Below are positions 29,861 through 40,378 of a stretch of DNA of 64,000 nt, piece after piece. Each line of letters starts with the position of its first letter. The first letter of the stretch is position 1. Where the stretch lies: sequence record ON287370.1; one strand, given 5' to 3'. The position numbers and the translations under genes were made by a program. Below the pieces are notes generated by a model that searched no databases, was not told where the DNA came from, and saw nothing but the letters and a program-made list of their open reading frames with translations.

Positions 29861-31421
29861 TAATAATGCCTCTTTCTTTAAGTGATATGTATTTCTGGTA
29901 GGTTTCTGAATTATGAGCAATGATAGTAAGGCCCATCATACCGTAAGGCAGATAGAAGTCTATTTCATCACCATCACCTACATCAATACCATTATGGATT
30001 TCCCACCAATCATCAATCCCACCATTACCCCAATCATCACGGATATGCCAGTGAGGATACAGGATACCAATAATCCATCTCATATAGTCAGGATCATCCA
30101 GGAAGTCTTTGATACAGATTTCACTGTATAAACGTAAAGCATAATCTAAGTTAAAGGTAACTCGATAGATGCTAGACATTCTTGGTGGTCGAGTAATAAC
30201 TAAGTCGCCATTCTCTCTCAACTTAATCTGACTATTCAGAACTTCTGTTTCATCAGAATAAACTTTGAATTGAAGTGGACTGTTATGCCGGTTAGTTACT
30301 CGGTCATGGTACTTCATGATATAATGGATAAAGGTTGGATCCCAATCAAATCCATAAATATCTTTGATGTTGATAAGAACTTGCTCTTGCACATCTTCAA
30401 CATTAGTAACTATCTGTAACTGAGGAGAGATCCATTTGGTTGGTTCTGGTCTCCAGTTATCAAAATCAGGTAGTACATGATAAAGAGGCATGATTTCCGA
30501 TCTACCCCAAATAGCCTTAGCCGCTGAAGATTCAAAGAACCCTCTATTGGTGTTAGATTGGATGTTCTGTTCGAATACTTCTGGCATATATTCAACAGGC
30601 ATTGGTTGCTGATAAACTTGAAGCGGATACTCAAAGATCCAGTTCTTGTGTTCAGACCAATAGAACCAATATTGGAAACTTACTTCGAACTTACCAATAT
30701 AAGCGCCACTTGTTACAGTAGCCATATTGGGGTTTTCCATATTGATTCCAATCTGTTCGATGCACTGTTTGAAAGCAAACACCGGGTTGTTACCGATAAT
30801 GTTTCTCAGGATACCTGATGGAATAACTGAGTTCTTTAACATCCAGTCAATGAAGTTAGTATCTTCAGGAACTTGCTTAGCTACAATGAGTCTGTCGAAG
30901 ATCTCTTTGAAACACTGAAGAACAGGATAGGTAACCGGGTAATGGGTTTCCATATCAAACAGGCTATTGAAGTTGACACCAAAGGTCTTAGCTCTAATGT
31001 TCTCCAAGTACCGTTCTGCCGTAACACGGTCTTTCATGTACTTGTTAACAGTGATGCGATAAATGCGTGTGCTAAACTTAGGTGTGATTCTAGACTTAGT
31101 GATTGGTTCAAACCAGACAGGTGGAATCGTGTCATCCGTTGTATTCCCGTCGAGTTCATTGTTATAATCACCAATATCTCTTTCTAGTTCAACAAAGATT
31201 TTGTTATCATAACCCACATCGGTCTTTAAGTCACCACCACGTTTATCGTTGTACTCCCCGCCTAAGAGTTTAGATACTTCTGCTTCGCCATTGAAATAGA
31301 TCTTCTGATTCAAATCAATATCGAAATACTCAAGCATTTGTTTGAGCGAAGTCAAGACAACAGGTCTTGTTGCTATCTTGTAAGTCTCAAAGGAAGGAAT
31401 CTTTACTTTAAACATAATCAA
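29829..31421 (-). CDS. Virion structural protein (neck/tail completion-like)
   Basis: 530 aa, SD GAGGA, first gene of the structural operon after a long intergenic region. Confidence 0.6.
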   Translation of the reverse strand: MIMFKVKIPSFETYKIATRPVVLTSLKQMLEYFDIDLNQKIYFNGEAEVSKLLGGEYNDKRGGDLKTDVGYDNKIFVELERDIGDYNNELDGNTTDDTIPPVWFEPITKSRITPKFSTRIYRITVNKYMKDRVTAERYLENIRAKTFGVNFNSLFDMETHYPVTYPVLQCFKEIFDRLIVAKQVPEDTNFIDWMLKNSVIPSGILRNIIGNNPVFAFKQCIEQIGINMENPNMATVTSGAYIGKFEVSFQYWFYWSEHKNWIFEYPLQVYQQPMPVEYMPEVFEQNIQSNTNRGFFESSAAKAIWGRSEIMPLYHVLPDFDNWRPEPTKWISPQLQIVTNVEDVQEQVLINIKDIYGFDWDPTFIHYIMKYHDRVTNRHNSPLQFKVYSDETEVLNSQIKLRENGDLVITRPPRMSSIYRVTFNLDYALRLYSEICIKDFLDDPDYMRWIIGILYPHWHIRDDWGNGGIDDWWEIHNGIDVGDGDEIDFYLPYGMMGLTIIAHNSETYQKYISLKERGIINGADYYWPTT

Positions 31422-31451
31422 TTCCTCTCTAGAACAATCATAACATTTAAC

Positions 31452-31481
31452 CCTCTTACTCCCTTTTTGAGGAGTAAGAGG
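31452..31481 (-). terminator. Hairpin of the conserved family
   Basis: CCTCTTACTCC-CTTTTTGA-GGAGTAAGAGG. Confidence 0.7.
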
Positions 31482-31688
31482 AGTTTGTTAAACTTTAAGT
31501 ATTAATCGTTTTCTTTTCTCTTAGTAATTAATCTAACTAAAAGAGAAAGGATAGGAAAGAGATATCGCTACGCTCTGCTGTATATAATAAATCCCCTTTC
31601 CCCTCACTCGGTTTCTCCGCAACACATCTAACTCAACCTAACTAACACCACTCTCGCAGTATCAGTCTCAAGATCAATACCATCGTTT

Positions 31689-32396
31689 TTATTTAAGAGC
31701 ATAACGAACAGTGATTAAACCTTGGTAAGTTTCAATAAGAATAATGTCAGAGATTCCGTCATTAAAAAGATCAATTACTTTAGCATCTGAAAGAATATAA
31801 CGATATCCATCAGAAGCTCCTGGGTAAGTTTCTTTGTCCATATCGGAAACTAATGGCTCAATAACATCTGAAGGCATTACGTCGCCAACAGAAAGAGTAT
31901 TAGCAAGACAAATCAATTTACCCATGAAATAAGATTTAGCTTTTAACTTGTTGAGATAAGAACTACCATCAATATCAGTTAAATCTCTTATTGGGGATTG
32001 GGTCCCGTTAGATAGATTGTGTTTGACAATATAACAACGAAGATTACCATGGAAAGCACAACAAGAGTCACTAACAGGAAGTTCTACATAAGTAGTGTCT
32101 CCTGTAAAGCTCAAGATTGCGCTGTTATAATAATCCACGTTCTTCTGAAGACCCAGGCCATAACGCTTGCTAAGGACGTCATAGAGATCATTATAGGTAC
32201 TGTTCTCTGGCAGTGGAATAGTCGGTATCTTGTTAAAGTAACTTCCTATATCCACTTTAGCCATTTCCAGTTGGTACTTCACCGCTTCTTTAACGGTGTG
32301 CACGATTGTGGTAGTTGGCGAGCCAGAGACCATCCTAATAAACTGATGCCCTATAGGTAGACTCTTAATAACCTCATCTTGAAATGAGTAAGTCAT
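31689..32396 (-). CDS. Hypothetical, probably virion protein
   Basis: 235 aa ORF at the end of the head-protein operon. Confidence 0.6.
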   Translation of the reverse strand: MTYSFQDEVIKSLPIGHQFIRMVSGSPTTTIVHTVKEAVKYQLEMAKVDIGSYFNKIPTIPLPENSTYNDLYDVLSKRYGLGLQKNVDYYNSAILSFTGDTTYVELPVSDSCCAFHGNLRCYIVKHNLSNGTQSPIRDLTDIDGSSYLNKLKAKSYFMGKLICLANTLSVGDVMPSDVIEPLVSDMDKETYPGASDGYRYILSDAKVIDLFNDGISDIILIETYQGLITVRYALK

Positions 32397-32397
32397 A

Positions 32398-33243
32398 TTA
32401 ACCCTTGAACTTTGGCTCTACTGGTTTTTCTTTAACGCCTTTAGCTGTGCGGCTAATTGCATTTAAAGCACCCACAAACTTATTGCGGACACCGCCAACC
32501 AGTCTAGCCTTTTTGGTTTCTTCTTTTGCCTCTGCAACTACTTCAGCATTCTCAGCTTTGATAGCTGACTTAACTTCCGCAGTATCCCCGTCTTTAGGGA
32601 TTTTAGCATTCTGAAGTTTGCGAGAAGCTTGTTCAGCAGCACCTAAAGTTTTACGTAAAGTATCGGTTACCACTTTATTACCTGCGGTGGCTGCTTTACC
32701 AATCTCAGTATAGACACTACATAATTGTGCAACAGTAGCTGCATCACGTACTTTCATAGCTGCTGATTTAACTTTATCGATGGCAGTACCTAAAGCAGTG
32801 TTCTCATCTTTAAGTTCATTAAACTCGACACCACCTTCTAAAGGTTTAATGTAGGTATCAGGATTACGAGCCGGAGAGTCTTCAGGAATAGGTGTATCAC
32901 CACGCATTTCCATCAGAGCACCGATAGTGGCTTCAGCATTAGCCTGTGCTTGATCAGCAGCCTTTTCGCCATCACCAAAGAAGTATTCACGAATACGCTT
33001 TAGCATGTTGGTGATATTGTCATACAGAGTTCTAGCTGCTTTCTTAATACCGTCAGCAAACTTATCTTCCATGCCGGCATAATTACTAGCATCAAGATGT
33101 AAGCAGTAATAGGACTCTCCACCCATCATTGCTTTAAAGTCAGCTTGAGTATGATTATTGAGCAGAGACTCCATACCACCATAGCACCAGTCTAGGTAAT
33201 CGAAATCAGCATCCAGGGATGTCTGAGTCTGGTCCATTCTCAA
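32398..33243 (-). CDS. Internal head (ejection) protein, paralog family with a propeptide
   Basis: 281 aa; GME, GGE and GME sites in the first 60 aa, followed by an amphipathic helix as in the neighbouring paralogs. Confidence 0.65.
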   Translation of the reverse strand: MRMDQTQTSLDADFDYLDWCYGGMESLLNNHTQADFKAMMGGESYYCLHLDASNYAGMEDKFADGIKKAARTLYDNITNMLKRIREYFFGDGEKAADQAQANAEATIGALMEMRGDTPIPEDSPARNPDTYIKPLEGGVEFNELKDENTALGTAIDKVKSAAMKVRDAATVAQLCSVYTEIGKAATAGNKVVTDTLRKTLGAAEQASRKLQNAKIPKDGDTAEVKSAIKAENAEVVAEAKEETKKARLVGGVRNKFVGALNAISRTAKGVKEKPVEPKFKG

Positions 33244-33814
33244 CTCCTTTCACATCGTTAGTAAAGTTAAAGATCCACTCCACCAACTCAACACCATTGC
33301 AAAGAACGATAGCTTGCTCTAAAGTCATACCTTCACGACCTTCAGCCCAACGACGAATAGCAGTTAGTGCTTGTTCAGTTTTAGCTATCAGTTCACCAGC
33401 TCGTTCACGACCATCGATATAGAAGTTTCCATCTCTCAGGTTTTCTGCATGTTCTTGCACATACTCTTCAGTAAGAGGATAGTGAAGAATACAGTCAGCC
33501 AATGCATCACGGTCTTCGAGTTTAATGATGTAATCATTTTCCCAGCAGTCGGTAGGAAGCTTACCGGAAGATAACCCACTTAGATGATTACAGATTGGAT
33601 CGAGGTACAGGTAGATCGACCCACCACGGAGTAAACCATATGGGATCGTAAAGTTATCTTGGATCTCAGTAATGAGTTGGATTACTTTACCTTGTTGTTC
33701 TTCCAGTGTAAGTGGAGAACCATTAACATTTAGATTAGCCTTTTTAGCGACTAAACAAATCGTTACAAGCAACTGTTTAAGAAGCAAGTACCGATCTTGG
33801 TTATCATAGATCAT
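33206..33814 (-). CDS. Hypothetical protein
   Basis: ATG 33814 overlaps the upstream TGA (ATGA coupling). Confidence 0.6.
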   Translation of the reverse strand: MIYDNQDRYLLLKQLLVTICLVAKKANLNVNGSPLTLEEQQGKVIQLITEIQDNFTIPYGLLRGGSIYLYLDPICNHLSGLSSGKLPTDCWENDYIIKLEDRDALADCILHYPLTEEYVQEHAENLRDGNFYIDGRERAGELIAKTEQALTAIRRWAEGREGMTLEQAIVLCNGVELVEWIFNFTNDVKGVENGPDSDIPGC

Positions 33815-34323
33815 GCGATGACCTCTATAGAACCGCAAAATAGTTTATTACCTTGGTTGACTTGAATTCTCAAGTTACCATTATGGCGGACTAATGTCAC
33901 ACTACCAATATCAAGTTCCCAGAAACCGTAAACACCACAGAACAAAAGAAAGTCTTTAACATCTCTAACAGCAAAAGGTGTTTGAGACTTAAGAACATCC
34001 ATCTCTGGACTCACTAGACGTCTACCATGCTTCTCATTGAAAGAAGATGCATCATCGCCTTCCATAATAGTTAAAACGCCCTGTGGAGCTTTGTAGGGCG
34101 TTATATCAATAGTATTAGGGAATAGGTCTGCAATGTTTATCTTCTTGATCAAAACACCTGATTTAGTGGTAGGGTTTTGAAGCATAGTTGTGGTTTCACA
34201 GATTCTTTCTGGTTCTAAGGAACTGACATCAACAGTAGCACGACAACCATTAGCCGTTTCATATAAGTCAACCGCGTAGTTTCTTATATCTTCACGACTA
34301 ATGGAAATTACGTCAACTGTCAT
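33811..34323 (-). CDS. Hypothetical, probably virion protein
   Basis: 170 aa, coupled to both flanking genes. Confidence 0.6.
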   Translation of the reverse strand: MTVDVISISREDIRNYAVDLYETANGCRATVDVSSLEPERICETTTMLQNPTTKSGVLIKKINIADLFPNTIDITPYKAPQGVLTIMEGDDASSFNEKHGRRLVSPEMDVLKSQTPFAVRDVKDFLLFCGVYGFWELDIGSVTLVRHNGNLRIQVNQGNKLFCGSIEVIA

Positions 34324-35378
34324 TTATCGATTCCTGCATTAACGAAATCAATTGCCGCATCCAGTTCAGACATGGTGTACTGAATAACAGTATTCATCAT
34401 TCGTTTGTTAAACCGGATAAGCCATTCGTAATACTTACGTTCTTCTGAATCAATCTTTTCTGTTTTACTATTCTCGAACTTACGAACTGTCTTTTCAAAG
34501 TTACGAGAAAGCTGGGACATAGTAGATTGGTTAGAACGGATTTCTTTGATGACCGAATTAACTTTATCCAGAGTGCTATCCAACAGGTTACTTGTTGGGT
34601 GGAATGTAGTAGAAGGAAGTTTAACTGCAACGTTAACCGTGTTGAAGTAAACATCTATCTTAGTTGGTTCTTCTTGAGCTGGTGCAGATACAAGCAGTTG
34701 TCTCACACCTGGTAATGTATCGGTCTGGTAGTTACCAGCGCTGTATGACATTCCCATAGCGTCAGAGAACCCTTTAACAGATTCCTTGATAGTTGAATGA
34801 AGATCACCTTCAAACTTATCAATACGACTACTCAGATATTTGTAACCTTTAACAGAATTCTTATAAAGATCAAGAACTTTGTCTAAAGACTGAGGAACCC
34901 AGTTAGGGTTAGTGCCGGTTACTTGTGGAAGTACCAAACGACGGATACTGGCTGGATACTTAGCCTCGCCATCTTTGATACCCGAACGTTTACGCTCTAG
35001 TCCGGTACGATGAGCACGAACATCCAAACGAGCAATACGGTTGTTAATAAAGTTAAGAATAAACTCTACCGCATCCTTAGCTGCTTGAATAATGATATCA
35101 ATAAACTTCTTAGCTTTACCAGAAGCTTCTGTACCGGCTACCATGCCATCTTCATCTACTTGGATGAATGTCGGTTTACCATAACTGGTAAAACGTTGTA
35201 CAAGGTTTTCCAGGCCATCTACAGTACCAGCATCAATATCTTTGACGTTGGTCTTATCGATATCTACTTTCTCATTAAGAAAGAAGTTCATGCGATCTTC
35301 GTACTTGGCTAAGCGCTTACCATAAATATAATCCGTCGACTCTTTTGGAGCGTTCGGTTTAGGAAGAACTTGTGTCAT
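34320..35378 (-). CDS. Internal head protein, paralog family
   Basis: 352 aa; GLE and GTE sites followed by the helix KAKKFIDIIIQAAKDAVEFIL; SD AGGAG. Confidence 0.65.
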   Translation of the reverse strand: MTQVLPKPNAPKESTDYIYGKRLAKYEDRMNFFLNEKVDIDKTNVKDIDAGTVDGLENLVQRFTSYGKPTFIQVDEDGMVAGTEASGKAKKFIDIIIQAAKDAVEFILNFINNRIARLDVRAHRTGLERKRSGIKDGEAKYPASIRRLVLPQVTGTNPNWVPQSLDKVLDLYKNSVKGYKYLSSRIDKFEGDLHSTIKESVKGFSDAMGMSYSAGNYQTDTLPGVRQLLVSAPAQEEPTKIDVYFNTVNVAVKLPSTTFHPTSNLLDSTLDKVNSVIKEIRSNQSTMSQLSRNFEKTVRKFENSKTEKIDSEERKYYEWLIRFNKRMMNTVIQYTMSELDAAIDFVNAGIDK

Positions 35379-35437
35379 TTAGAATAACTCCTATGTGAGA
35401 TCAAAGTATTCTTAAAAACAAAATAAACAAGCATATA

Positions 35438-35465
35438 AGAGTAGGAGCCCGAAGGCCCCTACTCT
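35438..35465 (-). terminator. Intrinsic terminator with a UUCG loop after the high-copy head protein gene
   Basis: Minus strand AGAGTAGGGGCC-TTCG-GGCTCCTACTCT followed by a U-rich tail. Confidence 0.85.
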
Positions 35466-35495
35466 CATTAAGCATTATGCTTTAAAGATCGAGAA

Positions 35496-36722
35496 TTACT
35501 TCTCTTCTTTTTCTTCTTTAGGTGCAGAACCACCCAGGTGAGCTTTAACGAACGCCAGCTGACCATCCAGTACATCACCGCCCAGGCCGAATGCACCACG
35601 GATCAGTTTCATACCAGCACGGTGGCCGTTCTTAATAGCTGCAACGCCAGACTTAACGTTTTTACGGTCTTCGTCTTTCTCAGCGCCACGTTTTTCCATC
35701 TGAGCGATAGCTTTGTCGCGGGAAGCGGTCAGAGCACGGCTATCGAATTTAGCGATCTGCAGTTTCTTAGCGTCTTTAGCAACTTCATTACAGATTGCTT
35801 CCAGAGCTGGTTTACCCAGTTTCTCGCCTTTACCAGCTTCGCCAGCTGCTGCTTTAACGGTGAAAGCAACTTTAGGCAGATCAGCGTCATCTTTAGGAGC
35901 GTGGATTGCAACTACGCCACCATTGATGTGGATTTCAACGACGTCGCCGTTTACTTTCTTAGTACCCATCTTAGCCAGTTTATCGATAACACGATCGATA
36001 CCGTCTACTACGCCACCTGCGTTGATGGTGTCCATGGTTGCAGCCAGGGTGTTACCAGCTTCAACGATAGAGTCAGCAACTTTAGGAGCGTGACCGTTAG
36101 CATCCAACCAACGCATGTTACCAGTACGGGTAACTTCGCCTTTGATTGCAGCAGCATCTTTGCCAGCAACCTGAGCTTTAACGTTAGCAGCTTTCTTCTC
36201 GATGCCTTTGAAGCGGTTGAACAGACCAGTGATAACAGCGATGAAACCGTTGTACAGTTCAACGAAGAATTTCTTCGCAGCTGCAGCAGCTTTACCAGCA
36301 GTTTCTTTCATGGACTCAACACCAGCCAGGGCGTTCAGGTTAGCGGTAGAAGCGTCAGCGTAGGACTCAGCACCGTGCAGTTCAACTGGAGCACCCATTT
36401 TAGCTACGATGCGAGCACCTTGAGCGTACTGGTGAGCGAACAGGCCAGCGTTGAACGGAGTAGCGCCAGACATCTGAGATTCCAGACCGTCAACGATTTC
36501 TTCCAGTTCTTCAACTTTTTCTTCAATAGCTTCGATAGCATCTTCGTGCTTCTCGATGCAGTGATCGTGTTCAGCGATCTCTTTATCTTGTTCAGCCAGT
36601 TCTTTGTCGATTACAGCTTCTGCTGCTTCTTCAGCAGTTACTTCGACGATACCAGCCAGTGCCGGATCCAGATCTGCAGATTCTTGACCAGCGATAGAAG
36701 CGAATACGTTCTTCAGAGACAT
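35496..36722 (-). CDS. Abundant internal head protein (SPN3US gp53 / phiKZ gp93-family-like)
   Basis: 408 aa with very strong codon bias, an acidic N-terminal propeptide carrying four GxES sites, and a basic, Ala-rich mature part. Confidence 0.75.
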   Translation of the reverse strand: MSLKNVFASIAGQESADLDPALAGIVEVTAEEAAEAVIDKELAEQDKEIAEHDHCIEKHEDAIEAIEEKVEELEEIVDGLESQMSGATPFNAGLFAHQYAQGARIVAKMGAPVELHGAESYADASTANLNALAGVESMKETAGKAAAAAKKFFVELYNGFIAVITGLFNRFKGIEKKAANVKAQVAGKDAAAIKGEVTRTGNMRWLDANGHAPKVADSIVEAGNTLAATMDTINAGGVVDGIDRVIDKLAKMGTKKVNGDVVEIHINGGVVAIHAPKDDADLPKVAFTVKAAAGEAGKGEKLGKPALEAICNEVAKDAKKLQIAKFDSRALTASRDKAIAQMEKRGAEKDEDRKNVKSGVAAIKNGHRAGMKLIRGAFGLGGDVLDGQLAFVKAHLGGSAPKEEKEEK

Positions 36723-36760
36723 AATTCAATACCTTTTTCTATAGAAAGAGTTAAAACGAT

Positions 36761-37723
36761 TTAATTAAATTGTTTACTTAAGTAGGACGACAATGTATCC
36801 ACATAATCGTCGAGGCGAACCATTACCTTTGGCAAAGATCCGACAAAGAATGAAAAGACTAGTTGGTCCCCATTCAAACGGTCCTTGAGATCGTTCAACA
36901 AACTAGTTGAAATCTCACCTTTAAGAGAGTCCAAATGTTGGAATGATTTAACCACCACAGTATTGAAGGTTTTTAAATGATTCACATAACTATCAGATAA
37001 CTTAGAGGCGTCTTGGTAAAGTGATGTCAAAGTATTTAACTTAGTCAGCAGAGTCTTAACGTCAGCTACTGTCAGAGTATCTTCGACTTCAGTCGTTGAG
37101 AATTCATTATCATCGACAATGGTCAGAAGACCAGTATCATGATTGAAACCAAACGCATATCCACCTGGCAACCACTCACTTTGAGACATAGAATTAACTT
37201 GTTCCTTCAACTTCATTGTCGGATACTGTAATTCATCTAAACGATTAACTAATCGAGCAGCGTCTTCAGTGGTTTTAATTTTGGTAATGCCTTTAAGAAT
37301 TTCTAACTCTTTGGCATAATGGGCTTCGAGGTCTTTACCGTATTTGAGTATAGACTCAACATTACGGATCAGTACATCAATGGATGGAATCAGATCATCG
37401 GGATTACCATCACGAGTGGTTTTAGCGAGAAGTGTCTTAGGGAAAGTCACTTCAATTTGACCACGCTCATCTTTCTTAGCTTTACTAAAGAGATGAGAGA
37501 TAAACAGTCGGCGAGTACCGAGCAGTTTAATGAGTTCAGTGTTTGCACGCTTAAGAGCGGACGCAGTAACGTCTACAGCTTTGTTGGCCACACTCTTACC
37601 GATTGTAGCTCCAGCTTCTTTAACTTTACCATAAGCATCACCGAGGAGGGATTCGCATCCCTCCACAGTGTGCAGATGCTTGGTTAAATCACGTTGAGCT
37701 TGACGGAAGTCATTACTCGACAT
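36761..37723 (-). CDS. Internal head protein, paralog family
   Basis: 320 aa; GCES near the N-terminus; C-terminal LPGG region as in its paralogs. Confidence 0.6.
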   Translation of the reverse strand: MSSNDFRQAQRDLTKHLHTVEGCESLLGDAYGKVKEAGATIGKSVANKAVDVTASALKRANTELIKLLGTRRLFISHLFSKAKKDERGQIEVTFPKTLLAKTTRDGNPDDLIPSIDVLIRNVESILKYGKDLEAHYAKELEILKGITKIKTTEDAARLVNRLDELQYPTMKLKEQVNSMSQSEWLPGGYAFGFNHDTGLLTIVDDNEFSTTEVEDTLTVADVKTLLTKLNTLTSLYQDASKLSDSYVNHLKTFNTVVVKSFQHLDSLKGEISTSLLNDLKDRLNGDQLVFSFFVGSLPKVMVRLDDYVDTLSSYLSKQFN

Positions 37724-38987
37724 TATAGCATCCCAGGTGTTGATTCAACATAGTGATCAGATGACTAGCTTCAACAGTCAGCATGTTGGAAACCTGAGTT
37801 TTAAACTGGTTAACATCATACTGGTAGTCAGCAGTAATAAGACCGTACTGATAGGCACGACCGTCACCAGTACCATCAGAGTTCTTCAGTGTGTTCAACA
37901 CATCTTTAACGTCATCAGGATTAAAGTTGACTGGATCTTCTTCCAGGTTCATGGTCTTCAGTTTGTTGATGATGGTAGCGATAACATCACGGACAACATA
38001 CATCTGAGAGATTGGCATTACCGGAACAGTGGTTTTACCAACACGACCTTTATCAGCCGAAGGTTTAACACGATATCCAGTATAAGACAATGCATCAGCA
38101 TAAGTCGTACCATCAGCTTCTGATTTGATATTTGCCTTGATCCAACTAGGTTCTAAGGTAATACCTTCAAAAGCATGATCATCCAACATAGGACGAGTCA
38201 TCTTACCAGTCAACATACCTTGGTTGTCATCTGCCAACTTATAACGTTGATCGAATAACTTAGGAAGCTCACGAGTAATATCAGTGATGTCTTTGTTACG
38301 TTCATTACCGAAGTAACGAATAACAGAGTTCTTAAACTTAATCTGTTCCATCTCCCAGGCACGCAGGCACAGCATGATGTAGTTGATTTCACCTTGCAGT
38401 GCTTTACCAACATCACCTGTTAATACACGGCCATTCTTGGAGATAGAACGAGCAATAAGCTCATTAAGCTCAACATCAGTAATACCGTCAACGATACCAG
38501 TAACAAGGTCCAGAGTGGCATCCAGGGATTCTAGACGAGACTCCAGAACTTCAGTAGTGGTCATCAACTCAACCCAGCGAGTTTGGAAGTTATCAGAAAG
38601 CTGGTTAGCCCAACGTTTGATATTCCGATAAGTCTCGCTGAGGATTTCTTTCAGCGCAGCAGTACGAGTTGTACGCCATTCAGAAGGCATTAGGGTTAAC
38701 CCGAAAGCTTCTGTACCGCTAACAATAGGCTGACCGTCTTTAACAACCACATTGGAATACTTGTTAATGATTTCATCAACAGCTTGTACAGTACCCAGAT
38801 CAAGTTGATAGTCAGAACGTTGGTTAACGGTATTCAGAGCATTTTCAACTTGCTCTTTAACGTTAATGTTAGTTCTGAAGTTATCCATGACTGCACGAGC
38901 ATCGCTGGCCAACTGGTTGATGTCTGGCACTTTGGCCAGACTAATTTCAGCCATCTTCAGATCGTTAATAACTGAGTTATCGGTCAT
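37713..38987 (-). CDS. Internal head protein, paralog family (gp54-like)
   Basis: About 424 aa from ATG 38987; a GTEA site followed by a long helical region. Confidence 0.6.
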   Translation of the reverse strand: MTDNSVINDLKMAEISLAKVPDINQLASDARAVMDNFRTNINVKEQVENALNTVNQRSDYQLDLGTVQAVDEIINKYSNVVVKDGQPIVSGTEAFGLTLMPSEWRTTRTAALKEILSETYRNIKRWANQLSDNFQTRWVELMTTTEVLESRLESLDATLDLVTGIVDGITDVELNELIARSISKNGRVLTGDVGKALQGEINYIMLCLRAWEMEQIKFKNSVIRYFGNERNKDITDITRELPKLFDQRYKLADDNQGMLTGKMTRPMLDDHAFEGITLEPSWIKANIKSEADGTTYADALSYTGYRVKPSADKGRVGKTTVPVMPISQMYVVRDVIATIINKLKTMNLEEDPVNFNPDDVKDVLNTLKNSDGTGDGRAYQYGLITADYQYDVNQFKTQVSNMLTVEASHLITMLNQHLGCYNVE

Positions 38988-39507
38988 AGTAGATCCCATC
39001 CATGCTTAAACAGAATTTAGCTGCAAGCTCAGGACCGATCAAAGCCATGAAGTCATAGAAGTGACGATTCTCAATAATGGAGAAGTCTACGTTCTCAACT
39101 TTGAATTGATCACGCGCACTATCATACTCATTATAGATTACAGATGTCTTAATAGGCTCATTACGGAGCGAGACACCTTTCAGGCTGTTAATGTCGATAC
39201 CCAGCTGGTTCAGTACGGTACGTTCGGAAAGACGTCCATCAATCCAGCCAACGATTTTGCGACACAGTTCTTTACGAGCACCACCACCATTACGGAAGTT
39301 AACGATCAACCAGTTACGGAAGTCGGCACCAATATAACGACGAGTAGTGATAAAGATCTCAGCATGAGCACTTGCATCATCCATAAGCTTATAACCAGCA
39401 AACTGCGCTAGGAACGCTTTGATGATAGTCTCTGAGTTTTCAAGTGTTGCAGTATCGAAGGAAGAAGGCACTAAACCGAATTTAAGATGTTTAAACTCTG
39501 TCGCCAT
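38977..39507 (-). CDS. Conserved hypothetical / virion protein; start re-assigned to 39507
   Basis: MATEFKHL start with a GAGG SD. Confidence 0.6.
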   Translation of the reverse strand: MATEFKHLKFGLVPSSFDTATLENSETIIKAFLAQFAGYKLMDDASAHAEIFITTRRYIGADFRNWLIVNFRNGGGARKELCRKIVGWIDGRLSERTVLNQLGIDINSLKGVSLRNEPIKTSVIYNEYDSARDQFKVENVDFSIIENRHFYDFMALIGPELAAKFCLSMDGIYYDR

Positions 39508-40375
39508 TGTACTTAGCCTCGATTGCGATGTTCTGGGCGCGTTTCTTAATAATAGCGTCCTGATAGGTTTCGATCTGACGATCCAGTGATGGGTTGTCAG
39601 CACCATTGCGACGGTTGTTCAGACGAGCTATCTTCATAGCCAGCATGTTGATGCTTTCAACGTTAGATTGGATCTTGTTGATGTCTTTACGCATACGGCG
39701 CATTTTGTACCAGTGCAGTGGGTTCAGCTGGTGAGGAGCCAGATTACGCTGTACAGATACGGTGTCGATACCGGTAGAAGCTTCGATGATCTTTTCAGAT
39801 ACTTCATCGTAAGTTTCATCAGACAGGTTATCGATCATAGCTTCCAGATTCTTAATAGAATCAGAGAACTTAACAGTCAAGTGACTGAAGTACTTAGGAG
39901 TATCGTTGAAGAACTGCAGATCGACTTTAGTCAGCAGCTTAGATACATCCTGTTGTTTGGTAGCTTGATCAATGATGATATCGATAGCCATAGTCGCATA
40001 ACGGTTCCAGAAATTAATACTGGAGATCGTATCCAACACGCCTTTCTCACGGAAGGTAATGGTTTCTTTATCATAGATCTTGGTAGGCGACTTAACTACA
40101 CGCTCACGCAGCTTAGGAAGCCACAGGTTCAATTGATCCAGTGCATCCTCAATACCAGACATCAAAGTGACTGATGGCGACAAGGTGCGTTTCAGATCGT
40201 TTTCAATGCCACGCAGAACAGCGTTCTTCTGAACAGCTTCTTCTGCCAGTTTCATGTTTTCAGGATCACCATCTTTCAAGAGATCGATAGTGTCACGGAG
40301 ACCAGCGACTGTAGCTATCTCAGTATCGATAGCAATCAGTACGTCCAGTTTAGGAGTTTCTGAGATAATGATCAT
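39491..40375 (-). CDS. Head / inner-body protein (phiKZ gp90-like)
   Basis: 294 aa, helical, with a GIED site; recalled synteny. Confidence 0.55.
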   Translation of the reverse strand: MIIISETPKLDVLIAIDTEIATVAGLRDTIDLLKDGDPENMKLAEEAVQKNAVLRGIENDLKRTLSPSVTLMSGIEDALDQLNLWLPKLRERVVKSPTKIYDKETITFREKGVLDTISSINFWNRYATMAIDIIIDQATKQQDVSKLLTKVDLQFFNDTPKYFSHLTVKFSDSIKNLEAMIDNLSDETYDEVSEKIIEASTGIDTVSVQRNLAPHQLNPLHWYKMRRMRKDINKIQSNVESINMLAMKIARLNNRRNGADNPSLDRQIETYQDAIIKKRAQNIAIEAKYNGDRV

Positions 40376-40378
40376 TTA

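Noticed and set aside
35538-36764. 408-aa antisense ORF over the abundant head protein gene
   Set aside because: Same codon-bias shadow as over the capsid gene.
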